A DNA stretch of 64,000 bases from an uncultured virus (IMG/VR IMGVR_UViG_3300006417_000331). Lineage: Duplodnaviria > Heunggongvirae > Uroviricota > Caudoviricetes. The position numbers were made by a program, and so were the translations under genes. Every line of letters starts with the position of its first letter. Position 1 is the stretch's first letter. Location: IMG/VR virus record IMGVR_UViG_3300006417_000331. One strand, given 5' to 3'. This document shows positions 37,494-47,752 of this stretch, piece after piece. The notes beneath the pieces are model-generated. The model was not told the origin of the DNA and did not search any database. It saw nothing but the letters and a program-made list of their open reading frames with translations.

Positions 37494-37685
37494 ATGAAAT
37501 GCATTTTTTGTGGATGTGATACTGTAATTCATGAAGAACATCGCGATCCTGATTATTCGTCCAATGATTTTTATGTGTATTGCAAGTCGTGTGGAACGCG
37601 AGGGCCTAAATTTAAGAATCCTTCATTTGCCATTCTGACCTGGAATTCAATAGCTAATATCATCAAGAGTCATTTTGATGCTTGA
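37494..37685 (+). CDS. Lar-like (restriction alleviation) zinc-finger protein
   Basis: CIFCG...V.CKSCGTRGP......AI..WN. Confidence 0.65.
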   Translation: MKCIFCGCDTVIHEEHRDPDYSSNDFYVYCKSCGTRGPKFKNPSFAILTWNSIANIIKSHFDA

Positions 37686-38040
37686 TATTCAAAAGATGCA
37701 TGACATCCTGTTGCAATGGGAGAGTATGGAGGGTGGATGGAGTAATGAAACAAGAGAAGAATGTATCGCATTTATTTCTGAATATCCGCACGATGAACAG
37801 TTTTGGAAATACTTTCTTGATCCTGTGCCTGCCGATATTTTAGAACGCTATCGCAAACTGATTAAAATGATGCTGGAAGAAGGTTTAATTGATAACGAAC
37901 AGGCGGCTATTGAAGAATCCTATGTAATGACGTGGGGCGGCAAGTTATTGCATAGACGAGGAAAACAACTGGCGGCTAAATTGAAAGTGGCGCGTGATGC
38001 AAAGCGGTACATTGATATTACCCCTCACGAATGCCGTTAA
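37675..38040 (+). CDS. Hypothetical protein
   Basis: Coupled ORF. Confidence 0.55.
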   Translation: MMLDIQKMHDILLQWESMEGGWSNETREECIAFISEYPHDEQFWKYFLDPVPADILERYRKLIKMMLEEGLIDNEQAAIEESYVMTWGGKLLHRRGKQLAAKLKVARDAKRYIDITPHECR

Positions 38041-38069
38041 CCCAATAACATCTACTCGTAGAGGTCTGT

Positions 38070-38438
38070 TTGATGAGTATTCAAGCGTCCAATTCAGTGA
38101 GTACATTATATGCGCTCGGTCGGATGAAACTTGGAGAGCGCAATAAAGCAGAAAGCGCTTATGAACAGCATCTGGAACTGCTGAAACGAGCCGGTGAACT
38201 CTCTTGGTATAAGTTTGAAGGGATTAAATTGCGGTTAGCGGATAACTGTTTCTATACGCCAGATTTTATCTTGATGAAACCGGATGGACACATTGAATGC
38301 CATGAGGTTAAGAGTATTTGGTTGGGCGATGCGAAGGTGAAGATTAGAATGGCGGCTGAGTTATATCCCTTCAAGTTTGTTGCCATTTACGCCAAGACAA
38401 AGAAAGAGGGGGGTGGTTGGACAGTTGAGGAATTCTAG
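38070..38438 (+). CDS. DUF1064-like PD-(D/E)XK endonuclease
   Basis: NK.E..Y, FEGIKLRLA..C.YTPDF, HEVK, KIR.AA..YP. Confidence 0.8.
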   Translation: MMSIQASNSVSTLYALGRMKLGERNKAESAYEQHLELLKRAGELSWYKFEGIKLRLADNCFYTPDFILMKPDGHIECHEVKSIWLGDAKVKIRMAAELYPFKFVAIYAKTKKEGGGWTVEEF

Positions 38439-38480
38439 GACTGGATTTGTGTAGAAACATAAAATAGAAGAAGACGTTGT

Positions 38481-38999
38481 GTGTCAAAGAAGGTATCCAG
38501 TCGTTTCGTAACGCGAATCGCAAAGACTTTTTTATCAGAGTTTAGATTTTCATATCATAGGCAGCCGCCACATAAACTCTCTGCGCTGATCTTTCATCGG
38601 TTTATGATTTATTGCGATCCGAACTCAGATCAAGGTCATTATAACTATCAGAAGTGTATTGAGGATCATGAGTTTCCACATATTCCTATACTGTGTTTTT
38701 TTAGCAATCAATATAATCCTCAATTAGAATTCGTTATACCTGAATTTGTGATGCAGAGTGCCTTACCAAGATATGATACTTGGTTATGGCAACCGTCAGT
38801 GGTTTTAACATTACCTAAATTTATCATTCAATTACGGAAGGAACTGTATTATGGAGGTTGGCCTAAGAACGCAAAAGGACAAAAGTTAATTCCAAAACGC
38901 ACGGGAAGAATAGGAACTCCATATTATCCTGAACAGGATACGGGATGGGCGGTAGAAAGACCTGGCTACGTTGAAAGAATTAGGCGTACCCAAGAATGA
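38481..38999 (+). CDS. Hypothetical protein
   Basis: 172-aa ORF in the operon; start uncertain. Confidence 0.45.
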   Translation: MSKKVSSRFVTRIAKTFLSEFRFSYHRQPPHKLSALIFHRFMIYCDPNSDQGHYNYQKCIEDHEFPHIPILCFFSNQYNPQLEFVIPEFVMQSALPRYDTWLWQPSVVLTLPKFIIQLRKELYYGGWPKNAKGQKLIPKRTGRIGTPYYPEQDTGWAVERPGYVERIRRTQE

Positions 39000-39017
39000 C
39001 TTTTATAACCGAGTTAG

Positions 39018-40136
39018 ATGGTTTATGAAGTCTTTGACTCGACTTACGAGAGAACAATTATGACTGAGAATAGTGTAATACAAGAAAGTGATATTTTTAA
39101 TCTGCCGGTATTCGCTGATGCGAATATCTGGTCGATGTGGCCGCCCGACAAGCTGAACGAGTTGGCGGAGGATATTAAGGACAACGGGTTTGATCATCGC
39201 TACCCGATCACGATTGCAGAGGTCAACGGCGAATGGATGCTGCTGGACGGTCGCAATCGCAGGGAAGCGGCCAAGCTGGCGGGGATTATTCCCCCGGTTA
39301 TCGTCACTGAGGTTGATCCTAAGCTGGCAGTGCATCGGAGTAATAACCAGAACCGGGATGCGACGCCAGGTCAGAAGGCCATGGCGACGGCTATGGCGTT
39401 TCCTGATGCGAAGCGAGGGATTCATTCCGAGTTGCTTCAAGCAACTGGGAAAGAAAGAGGATTCGACAAATCCACTCTTTCCCGCGCCCGTTATGTCCTC
39501 CGTAACAATCCCCTTTCCGATGGTGAGCAGTATCCGCAACGCTGCCTAGCGATTATGGCGGGAACGCTATCGCTGACCGAAGCCTACGAACTCACTCAGA
39601 TTGACGTTAAGAAGCGTGAAGAAGAAGAAGCGATCCGCCAAGCCACTGCCGCCAAGCTGGCTGACGTTCGGGTTCGCTATCCTGATTTAGCGGCGCTGGT
39701 GGATGATGAGCGGATCACGTTAACGGATGCGGTTGCATCAGCGGAAAGCCGTGATCTTGAGGCACAGAAAAAGGCCGAACGATTGGCCTTTGAGGCGGCG
39801 GAAAAGGAGCGGATCGCCAAGGAAGAAACAGATCGTCTACAAGCTGAAGAAGACGCCAAGCTGGCGGAAGAAGAACGGAAGAAGCGAGAAGCGGCGAGGC
39901 TGGCGAAAGAAGATTTTGACCGGATTCAAGCGAGTGTTCATCAGTACCTGGATCAGTTGATCAACGCGACGTGTGTTGCGGTAAATCAGACGCAGCTTGA
40001 ACAGTCTAAAAAACACCTGGATTGGGATGCATTTACATCTCGTTATCACCACAAGCGGGTAGACGCGATCCGTGTCTTGACTGCTTTATCGAATAATCTA
40101 CCAGTATTGATTGAGATTTTGGAGGTTGCGCCATGA
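39018..40136 (+). CDS. ParB/Srx N-terminal domain protein with HTH-like segment and coiled coil
   Basis: LAEDIKDNG...PI...LLDGRNRREAA...N..R..T.GQKAM. Confidence 0.75.
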   Translation: MVYEVFDSTYERTIMTENSVIQESDIFNLPVFADANIWSMWPPDKLNELAEDIKDNGFDHRYPITIAEVNGEWMLLDGRNRREAAKLAGIIPPVIVTEVDPKLAVHRSNNQNRDATPGQKAMATAMAFPDAKRGIHSELLQATGKERGFDKSTLSRARYVLRNNPLSDGEQYPQRCLAIMAGTLSLTEAYELTQIDVKKREEEEAIRQATAAKLADVRVRYPDLAALVDDERITLTDAVASAESRDLEAQKKAERLAFEAAEKERIAKEETDRLQAEEDAKLAEEERKKREAARLAKEDFDRIQASVHQYLDQLINATCVAVNQTQLEQSKKHLDWDAFTSRYHHKRVDAIRVLTALSNNLPVLIEILEVAP

Positions 40137-40609
40137 GTAACAGTATTCCCATCTTTACCAAGAGAGATGTTAAGAGCTTGGCTCGCAGAATCAAGGATCA
40201 AACAACGGGAGTCTTTGATTATAGTAATACTGGAGGATTTCATCATGCGGTGATGACCGCAATTGGTGACTCTGGAACTATTTTGGTCAGCGAGTTTGTT
40301 TCACATGCGATCAAGGAAGTCATTGACGAAGATTCAAAGATTGGGCTTTCCAAGCAGATTGATTTTATTGGGTATAGCGAGAAAGTGATTAAGCTGCCTG
40401 ACAGGAAAGCAGTGCGGGTTAAGGATGCGAGTATCGGTCATTTGCGTCACCAGAAAGAACAACTAATCAAAAATCATATTCAGCAAATGCAGGGCTTTAT
40501 CCTGCATCACGATGGATATGTCGCTCCTATTCTTGCGGCCATGGAAGAACATGGCTTTGCGACAGCGGGAGACGCGATTACGTTTCTCTCTACAGGAAGC
40601 ACCGCATGA
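40133..40609 (+). CDS. Hypothetical protein
   Basis: ATGA overlaps on both sides. Confidence 0.6.
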   Translation: MSNSIPIFTKRDVKSLARRIKDQTTGVFDYSNTGGFHHAVMTAIGDSGTILVSEFVSHAIKEVIDEDSKIGLSKQIDFIGYSEKVIKLPDRKAVRVKDASIGHLRHQKEQLIKNHIQQMQGFILHHDGYVAPILAAMEEHGFATAGDAITFLSTGSTA

Positions 40610-40953
40610 CCTTCAAAATAGGTGATGTTCCCTGCAACGGCTGCACTCGGTGTTGCCACAACGACGCCGTAAGGTTGCTTCCAGGAGACGATCCATCTCA
40701 GTATTTTACAGAGTCGCATCCGTATTTCAACGATGAAAGGATGCTGGCTCATTCGGAAAACAGAGATTGTATCTACATGAAAGAATCTGGCTGTTCTATC
40801 CATTCGACCCGGCCCCAGCAATGTCGTGAAATGGATTGCCGGGCGCTGGCGCAGCGGATGAGTCTGACCGAAGCCAGATTCATGGATATTCTCCCCGTTT
40901 GGCGGCGTGGACGGGAACTGCTCAATAAATGTTCTGAGGATCACGTTGCATGA
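40606..40953 (+). CDS. YkgJ-like CxxCxxCC cysteine-cluster protein
   Basis: CNGCTRCC, CIY, CSIH.TRP..CR.MDC. Confidence 0.8.
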   Translation: MTFKIGDVPCNGCTRCCHNDAVRLLPGDDPSQYFTESHPYFNDERMLAHSENRDCIYMKESGCSIHSTRPQQCREMDCRALAQRMSLTEARFMDILPVWRRGRELLNKCSEDHVA

Positions 40954-41153
40954 ACGAAGATGTTAGGTTCAATCAGCCGGAACTGGTGACGGCGATTTTG
41001 CGTGAGCTATCGCGGCAAAACCAGACGGCCACTGTTCCCGGCAGGTTCTATAGCCTCGTTTTCCAGTTAGCCGAACAGATCGTCGCCGAGGCTAACCAGA
41101 GTGCAGACATCGAAGTCGCAACCCATTCCATAACTAAGGATCGTACCCAATGA
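40950..41153 (+). CDS. Hypothetical protein
   Basis: Coupled ORF. Confidence 0.5.
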   Translation: MNEDVRFNQPELVTAILRELSRQNQTATVPGRFYSLVFQLAEQIVAEANQSADIEVATHSITKDRTQ

Positions 41154-41506
41154 GCGAATCCATCTCTCACTATTCCAAATCTTCCAACTCCTCACGCTCG
41201 ATTGATTGCGGCTCACCGCCACTATCACGTACTCCAGCCTGCATCCTGTTCACTAATGACGATGACGTTAAAACAGAATGCATCGTGAAGAAAGTCGGCA
41301 AATTTTCCCCAATGATACGAATTATCGGCTCCCATCAGATGGATTTCACTGCCGCTGATGCAATAGCTCTGGCGCGGATACTCTCTATTTTCGCCGTGGA
41401 AAGCGGCTATCGAGATGGCGACGAGTTGGCGCAAGTGGCCGAGGTCTGGCGGCAGTTAGCGGTGCAATGCGGCTGGATAGACCCGGAGATCGACGATGGC
41501 AAATAG
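41150..41506 (+). CDS. Hypothetical protein
   Basis: Coupled ORF. Confidence 0.5.
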   Translation: MSESISHYSKSSNSSRSIDCGSPPLSRTPACILFTNDDDVKTECIVKKVGKFSPMIRIIGSHQMDFTAADAIALARILSIFAVESGYRDGDELAQVAEVWRQLAVQCGWIDPEIDDGK

Positions 41507-41649
41507 CTGGTACTGCGAGCCGCTTGACTCCCCCTGGCTGGAGTCTCCGCTGACGGAGAAAGCCCCAAGAAAATAGCTTGCATTTTCTGCTTAAAAAGTT
41601 CATCATCTAAAATGATGAAATATGATTTTTATAGGTTTAAGGTGATCCA

Positions 41650-42174
41650 TTGATTGATTTTTTCAATGAAAAACTGGTTGCTCTGTTCCCAAAAGCGAAA
41701 CCCGGTATTCTCGATGCTATCGAGACCCTCGCAGTCCCGTTGGCGAAGCTGGATAATCCGTTTCGCCTTTCTTACTTTCTGGCTCAGTGCGCTCACGAAT
41801 CAAGTGGATTCCAATTTACCCGTGAGGTAGGTTCGGCTCGGTATTTAAGTCGCTATGAAGGACGCATTGACTTAGGGAATACCGAAGTGGGTGACGGCGT
41901 TCGCTACTGTGGCCGTGGAATTATCCAAGTGACAGGCCGAGCTAACTATGCGACCTGTGGTGAGTGGATAAAACTACCTCTGATTGAGCAGCCTGAGCTT
42001 CTTGAAACCCCTGGCCCTGCGGTGCGTTCTGCGTGTTGGTATTGGGTGACGCGCAATCTAAACCCGTTGTGTGATCGACAGAATTTTATTCAGGTCACGC
42101 GCAAGATCAATGGTGGAACGAATGGATTATCGAGTCGGCAGAAATGGCTTGATAAAATTCGTAGCGTGACCTAA
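41650..42174 (+). CDS. GH19-family endolysin
   Basis: FLAQCAHES..F...E, LGN...GDG.RY.GRG.IQ.TGR.NY, SACWYW, TRKINGG.NG. Confidence 0.92.
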   Translation: MIDFFNEKLVALFPKAKPGILDAIETLAVPLAKLDNPFRLSYFLAQCAHESSGFQFTREVGSARYLSRYEGRIDLGNTEVGDGVRYCGRGIIQVTGRANYATCGEWIKLPLIEQPELLETPGPAVRSACWYWVTRNLNPLCDRQNFIQVTRKINGGTNGLSSRQKWLDKIRSVT

Positions 42175-42202
42175 ATGGGTTCGTTTGTTGGAGGCCAAAA
42201 CC

Positions 42203-42616
42203 ATGAATCTTGATCTGACGGGTCTTGGCTCGCTGGCTGAATTGGGAACAACAATTGTTCAGCGGATTTGGCCCGATGCCAATGCCGCTGAACAAGCCAA
42301 ATTGACGGCGCTGCTGGCTGAATTGGATGCAACTCACAAAATCCAACTGGCGCAAACCGAGGTCAATAAAGCGGAAGCGACACATCCATCACTGTTTGTC
42401 GCTGGATGGCGACCGGCCATTGGCTGGTGCATGGCGCTGATTCTAGCGTACAGCTATATCGTGTATCCGATGAGTCTGTTTACAGTAGCGCTAATGGACT
42501 TGTCCTTTATACCTCCAAAGTTGCCGCTGGATGATTCTCTCTGGCAATTGATTTTAGGAATGCTGGGGTTAGCGGCGGGCCGCACAGTAGAGAAAATAAA
42601 AGGAGCGGTGCGATGA
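42203..42616 (+). CDS. Holin (GTA/3TM family)
   Basis: Q.EVNK.EA.H.S.FVAGWRPAIGW...GMLGL...RTVEK.KG. Confidence 0.88.
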   Translation: MNLDLTGLGSLAELGTTIVQRIWPDANAAEQAKLTALLAELDATHKIQLAQTEVNKAEATHPSLFVAGWRPAIGWCMALILAYSYIVYPMSLFTVALMDLSFIPPKLPLDDSLWQLILGMLGLAAGRTVEKIKGAVR

Positions 42617-42720
42617 TCAACATCAATAAACTTTATTTTAGTCCAACTTTTTTAGTTTTGCCTCGGATAAAACTCCGATGGCGAATGACGCTGTTCCCTT
42701 TAACTCTGGAGTGTTTTGAA

Positions 42721-43041
42721 ATGTCAAGTTTGGTGCTATCTACGGTTCAACAAGTCGAATTGTCCATTCAGCCGGTGGACGCCAAAGGCTATGTAGCCCT
42801 TACTGATGGAATCCCAACATGGGCGGTCTCAAATGAGGGCATTATTAAAGTAACCACTGCAAGCGACGGGTTGAGTGCTCAACTGGTGGCTATCGCACCA
42901 GGGATTACTCAAGTATCGGTCTCTGTAGATGCCCGGTTGGATGACGAAGTGCATTTGATCACGGGAGTGCTGGAAGTCAATGTGACCCCTGCCGAAGCGA
43001 TTGCGGTCAATATCATGGCTGGGATTCCAACTGATCAGTAA
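42721..43041 (+). CDS. Ig-like domain protein
   Basis: PVDAKG...PTWAVSN.GI..V....DG.SA...A..PG...V.V; GGAG RBS before MSSLVL. Confidence 0.6.
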   Translation: MSSLVLSTVQQVELSIQPVDAKGYVALTDGIPTWAVSNEGIIKVTTASDGLSAQLVAIAPGITQVSVSVDARLDDEVHLITGVLEVNVTPAEAIAVNIMAGIPTDQ

Positions 43042-43091
43042 TTTACTGGCCGCTCCGTTGTCGCTGCCACGATAACGGAGCAAGGACTGCA

Positions 43092-43502
43092 ATGAGCGAT
43101 GATGACTTTGTAGCGCTACGCCGTCAATTTGACGAACATCAAATCAATCGGATTGCAGAGTTCGGCACAGCGATTATGCATCTACGACAAGCATTCGAGG
43201 AGTCGCTACGCAGTTCAGCACAGATTCAAGCCAATCAAGCGGCAATGATTGAACGCATTACTGCGTTCAATGAAAAGTTTCTAGAACACGATGAAAGAGA
43301 AGGCGAAGATCGGATTCGGATTATTACCGCAATTGAAATGATGACTCGTGAATTAGCAGCGCATCAGGTGATTCTCGCTCGGCAGGACGAGCAAATCGGG
43401 TCGTTACGGCAATGGAGCTTGTATTTAGCGGCGACGATTGGCTCTATTGCGACCGGCGGCGTGGTGTGGATTATTCAGCATTTACAAAGTGTGATGAAAT
43501 GA
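43092..43502 (+). CDS. Coiled-coil protein with a C-terminal TM helix (lysis-associated)
   Basis: Heptad pattern plus a hydrophobic tail. Confidence 0.6.
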   Translation: MSDDDFVALRRQFDEHQINRIAEFGTAIMHLRQAFEESLRSSAQIQANQAAMIERITAFNEKFLEHDEREGEDRIRIITAIEMMTRELAAHQVILARQDEQIGSLRQWSLYLAATIGSIATGGVVWIIQHLQSVMK

Positions 43503-43777
43503 ATATTCCTTGTCGATCTGTCCGATTAACCCTAAAAATGGAGGCTGACTCCATTAGTGATTTAGCTTCAGCGCTCTTTAACTTTGCAACCTCTGTTGAT
43601 CGTGGTGAAGTCAGTACAGGTGTTAGTGGTGGAGTGGATAGTGGATCTATTTATGAGTTATTGCACGATCCAACACAAACGCATGAAACTTATTTTAATC
43701 AGTTACAAGACTATCTAGATCAACAAGCCAGCGGCAAAAACAAGGAGTTAGAGGTATGCGCCAACTTAACTGCTTGA
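43499..43777 (+). CDS. Hypothetical phage protein
   Basis: ATGA overlap; GVSGG.DSG motif. Confidence 0.55.
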   Translation: MNIPCRSVRLTLKMEADSISDLASALFNFATSVDRGEVSTGVSGGVDSGSIYELLHDPTQTHETYFNQLQDYLDQQASGKNKELEVCANLTA

Positions 43778-44070
43778 TCTGGGCGCTCCGGCAATGGTTT
43801 CGACGTGGCGGGTATTTGATAATCCGACGTTCGCGGCATCTAACAATTCCTCATTTTTTGTGGGCACCCAAAGACGGGTTGGATTCTTGTAAGGGGATTC
43901 GGCATTACACGCCGACGCATCCCAAAAAGAGCGGCTGGTGGCGGGCATTACGCTTTCACGGATCGGTGCGTTATTGCGACAGAGAGGAATGTCCAGTGCA
44001 AGACGATCCGCAATGTCAGTTGTGCAAATTCGATAAAGACCGTGCGCCATGGTTTAAGCCGAAGGATTGA
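43756..44070 (+). CDS. Hypothetical phage protein
   Basis: NCLIWA...W.R.GGY...RRS....PHFLW. Confidence 0.55.
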   Translation: MRQLNCLIWALRQWFRRGGYLIIRRSRHLTIPHFLWAPKDGLDSCKGIRHYTPTHPKKSGWWRALRFHGSVRYCDREECPVQDDPQCQLCKFDKDRAPWFKPKD

Positions 44071-44549
44071 TTATGAATATCTCTGTTTTACGAACTGAAC
44101 TCGTCACAGGCCCTTTAGCTGCGGCTTTAACTTCACTGATAGCCGCAGGCGATGATGAAGCGATTGCGGAACATCTGAACGCATCCAATACAGAGATTCA
44201 AGGCGCGATTTCCAGAAGTCAGTTTGCGATTTGGGCAGCGCAAACTGGAATGAGAGCGGTGATTCGAGATCATGCTAATAATCCTTCATCTCCGCTACGA
44301 TCTATTGCGATCACGCTAGAAGATTTTTTAGCCGGAGCGAGTGATTCGCTCGATTTCTCCAAACCGCAGAATCAGGCCATGCTGGCCGCGTGGGTGGCCT
44401 CTGGCGGTTGCACTCAGGAACAGGCCGACGACTTGCTGACTCAATCCGCGCATCCGGTCAGTCGAGCGCAGCAAGTCTTTGGGTGCTCCGTTACTCCTTT
44501 GGACATTCGCCGCGCCCTCTGGAATGACAACGGCACGAGGGCTATCTAA
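44067..44549 (+). CDS. Virion-associated hypothetical protein
   Basis: First gene of a coupled structural-looking module. Confidence 0.55.
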   Translation: MIMNISVLRTELVTGPLAAALTSLIAAGDDEAIAEHLNASNTEIQGAISRSQFAIWAAQTGMRAVIRDHANNPSSPLRSIAITLEDFLAGASDSLDFSKPQNQAMLAAWVASGGCTQEQADDLLTQSAHPVSRAQQVFGCSVTPLDIRRALWNDNGTRAI

Positions 44550-44947
44550 TGCCGACTTCCACTCCGGTCTATACCGCTCGCACGATTATTGCCAGTACCT
44601 CTAATGCGGCTGGATCAACAACTCGTGGCACACTCGATTTGCGGGGCAAATACGGCGGAACGCTGACCTTAAAAATCACCAATGGAGCCACCGGCCCCAC
44701 TGCACAATGTGTTGCTAATGTCCTGATCGCGCACAATGATGGAGTAACCCCAGCCGCCGCCAGCCGAGGCGCGGACTGGAAAACGGTCCTCTCCGCAGGC
44801 GCAGGCACCACCGCCAATGCCATCTCCGAATGGAGCCTTGATCTTCAGTGCGTCCAGCATCTGGAAGTCGAATTTATCGGAAATACGGGACAGGCCGTGA
44901 CGGTTGAAGCCTATCTCACCGAATTCACCAGCGTATCCAGTGTTTAA
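44549..44947 (+). CDS. Small beta-sandwich virion protein
   Basis: Thr/Ala/Gly-rich; TAATG coupling. Confidence 0.55.
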   Translation: MPTSTPVYTARTIIASTSNAAGSTTRGTLDLRGKYGGTLTLKITNGATGPTAQCVANVLIAHNDGVTPAAASRGADWKTVLSAGAGTTANAISEWSLDLQCVQHLEVEFIGNTGQAVTVEAYLTEFTSVSSV

Positions 44948-44950
44948 TCC

Positions 44951-46681
44951 ATGACTGCTCTGATTCGGATGCCGCGAGCCGCATGGCGGCGGCAGCCCGC
45001 TGGGAAATTAGAGATTAACGGGCGTAATCCTCTCGCCAATGGATTGATTCGCGTCTTTGGAATTTCTCTGGATGGGTATGAGGCGGTTGGAAAAGCGCGA
45101 TCAGCGGTGCTGCAATCCTCCAATGCCAGCTTCACTAGCGAGGGTATGCAATTCGCTACTGCGTCCTACTCATTGGGAAATTCCATTGCTGCTGGAAATC
45201 TCAGCGAAGTTTACTCGACCCATACCCTTTCGGTCTTTTCACTCGCCACCCCTTCAGCTTTAACTGCGCGTTCATCGCTATGGTCGATAGAGAGTGCGGT
45301 TTGCGTGGGGATGGGGTATTCGTCTCCGGGCATGGTTTTTTCATACTCAGGAACCGGATATACCTTTGAGAGCATCCCTGGCTTTTTTGGGGTCGGACTC
45401 CCCATCAAGGTCGGGTTTACTTATGACAATTTGTTGACCGCCGGACGATCTTCATTCTATAAAAACGGGAGCCTTGTCCTACGGATGAATCCAAACGCTT
45501 CCGGCCCATTGCCCGCCAGTGGCGTCTTTTATATTGGCGGCATGGGATCGGGAAGTGTTTCGACCTGGCAAGGGGTTATTGCCCTCACTTTGGTTTGGAA
45601 AGGGGCGCTCTCGGACAGCGCTCATGCCGAAATTGCGGCCAATCCGTATCAGATTTTTGCGCCTCGTCCGGCCCGACTGATTCTGATTCCAAGCAGTGGA
45701 TCGTCGGAATGGACGCTTGCTATTTCTAATTCCTATCATCCGCATAATGCATCCAATGCGATGCTTTCTCAAGGCCATACGCTTTCTTTACAAACAGCAA
45801 GCCATTTGCAAAATTCTACTTCGCCTTCGCCTTCAGTATCTATTACTCTATCTCCAATCAATGCTGAACAGGCACAAACCACAGGCGCAATTACTCTGAC
45901 GCAAACTCATATCATTGTTATCAATAATGCATTACAACAACAAATGCCCTCCGTAATGAATCTGCTGCAAGGTTATGTCCTTTCATTGCAGAATACCCAT
46001 CATTTACAGTTAGTCTCTACTCCGAATCTTATTCAATCAAATCTGTTGACTCCTAACAGCGCGTCACAGACAACTTCAATTTCTGCCGTCAATCTGATCC
46101 AAGCTAATATCCTCAGTATCAATACTGCAATTCAGTTGCAAACCGCAACCTCGCTGACGCTTGCCAGCGGCTTAGTGTTATCTCTCAATCTGTCGAATCA
46201 ATCAACAACTTCAACAACTCCAAATCTAACTCAAGCGAATGTATTGGCAGTAAACACATCAGCACATTCTCAATCAATGTCAACTCCAATTCTGATGCAA
46301 GGCAACGTATTATTCATCGGCAACGGAATACAGAGTCAACTTGCAGATACGGTTACACTCTCGCAAGGGATGTTTCTACAACTACAAGCAGCGACACAGA
46401 CACAAGCCACATCAAGCATTACAGTATCTGCTGGATTGGTTTTGCATGTACTGAATACAGTACATTCCCACAATACGGAGTTGTTGAATCTTTCAACTCA
46501 CATTACGTTAGTCGTGTCGAATGCGCTCCATCGTTTGTATTCATTACAAACAGGATTTTCTACTCTTTTAACAACGGGTTCTGTACTCGTTATTCAAGCC
46601 GAAGATCGGCTATTGTTGGTGATGGAAGAAGATCGTAGTTTGTCGGTTCAAGGTGAAGATCGTATGTTGTCTGTTCACTAG
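44951..46681 (+). CDS. LamG/ConA-like domain protein with a 22-aa repeat stalk
   Basis: GFTYD...FYKNG...FYIGG...WQG.I.L...W..ALS..., followed by about 13 repeats of 22 aa. Confidence 0.65.
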   Translation: MTALIRMPRAAWRRQPAGKLEINGRNPLANGLIRVFGISLDGYEAVGKARSAVLQSSNASFTSEGMQFATASYSLGNSIAAGNLSEVYSTHTLSVFSLATPSALTARSSLWSIESAVCVGMGYSSPGMVFSYSGTGYTFESIPGFFGVGLPIKVGFTYDNLLTAGRSSFYKNGSLVLRMNPNASGPLPASGVFYIGGMGSGSVSTWQGVIALTLVWKGALSDSAHAEIAANPYQIFAPRPARLILIPSSGSSEWTLAISNSYHPHNASNAMLSQGHTLSLQTASHLQNSTSPSPSVSITLSPINAEQAQTTGAITLTQTHIIVINNALQQQMPSVMNLLQGYVLSLQNTHHLQLVSTPNLIQSNLLTPNSASQTTSISAVNLIQANILSINTAIQLQTATSLTLASGLVLSLNLSNQSTTSTTPNLTQANVLAVNTSAHSQSMSTPILMQGNVLFIGNGIQSQLADTVTLSQGMFLQLQAATQTQATSSITVSAGLVLHVLNTVHSHNTELLNLSTHITLVVSNALHRLYSLQTGFSTLLTTGSVLVIQAEDRLLLVMEEDRSLSVQGEDRMLSVH

Positions 46682-46687
46682 GAGTTA

Positions 46688-46918
46688 ATGATGAGAATTG
46701 AAGCGTTAGAAACCATCAAAAGTGATGGGTTTGTGATCACGGCAGGTGATTTGATTACGGTTCCTGATGAAGCTGCTCGCAAATGGATAGCATTGGGATG
46801 GGCGAAAGACCCGGCAGGCGTGATCGCAACGGGCGAGCGGAAAGTGATTGATGCGCGGATTTTAGTTCAGGATACCTTGTTTGAAGGTGGGGCGACGATT
46901 CCAGGAGTGGAGGAGTAA
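46688..46918 (+). CDS. Small virion-associated protein
   Basis: GD.ITVPDE.A.KWIALGWAK; AGGAG RBS. Confidence 0.55.
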   Translation: MMRIEALETIKSDGFVITAGDLITVPDEAARKWIALGWAKDPAGVIATGERKVIDARILVQDTLFEGGATIPGVEE

Positions 46919-46921
46919 TTC

Positions 46922-47281
46922 ATGGCTAAATTTGCCAGTATTTTAGTGACTGATGCTGCATTGAATATAATTAAAACGGCCACCGGCATGTCAGTGTGTT
47001 CGGCGCAGCCTACAACCCGCGCTGAAGCAATCACGACCTATATGCTGTCAACCACGGCCCCTGCATTTACGGGGCCAGCAGCGGGGAGTCCTGATGGACG
47101 GCAGGTGCAGATGAACCAAGCCGCTACGATTGCGATTTCAAACAGCGGTACGGCTACACATGTCGCATTGACGGATGGTGCGAATCTGTTGTACGTGACG
47201 ACCTGTACCTCTCAGGCGCTAACAGCAGGCGGGACCGTGACTATTCCTTTGTGGACGGTGACGATTCGAGATCCGACTTAA
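46922..47281 (+). CDS. Small fibre-associated protein
   Basis: CSAQP...SGTATHVAL....LLYVT....Q.LT.G.TV..P.W....DP. Confidence 0.6.
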   Translation: MAKFASILVTDAALNIIKTATGMSVCSAQPTTRAEAITTYMLSTTAPAFTGPAAGSPDGRQVQMNQAATIAISNSGTATHVALTDGANLLYVTTCTSQALTAGGTVTIPLWTVTIRDPT

Positions 47282-47691
47282 TGATCTACCGACCTGGAAA
47301 AGATCTGGCGCTGAAACTCCTGCCGCCGAAAGACCCGGAGGCCATCAGCAAACCATATCGAATCGTCCTGAGTGGCCGAGTCTCTGGAATGGAGACCGCT
47401 ACTTATCTGGACGAGGGCATTCTCATTACGAATGCTACGGCGAACGCCTCTGATCCTTTGTTGGTTATAGACAATGTTGAGTGGGAAGCACGGCCTGGAT
47501 ATACGGACACTACGAACCCATTAAAGCCAGTCCAGGTTCCTTCCTTTAATGCGGTTACGGTCTGGCTCTCGGCGGGAACGGTGGGCACCCTAGCGACTGT
47601 TTCGGTGCATTTTGTCACCAATCAGAGCAATGGCGCAGGCCGGTTCTATGAAGATGAGGTGTCGTTTAATATCTATATTAGGCAGTGTTAA
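47281..47691 (+). CDS. Fibre-adaptor-like protein
   Basis: KDPEA...Y...VWLSAGT.G....V...T...R. Confidence 0.55.
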   Translation: MIYRPGKDLALKLLPPKDPEAISKPYRIVLSGRVSGMETATYLDEGILITNATANASDPLLVIDNVEWEARPGYTDTTNPLKPVQVPSFNAVTVWLSAGTVGTLATVSVHFVTNQSNGAGRFYEDEVSFNIYIRQC

Positions 47692-47752
47692 TCACTTGTC
47701 TCTATATAATATATATTAAATAACAAATAGGATACAACAGTGAGTTATAATA

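Noticed and set aside
39018..40136. ParB partner of the ParA at 10 kb
   Set aside because: ParA already has an adjacent RHH partner, and ParB-N proteins are common in phage replication regions. It is kept only as a candidate binder of the dispersed palindrome.
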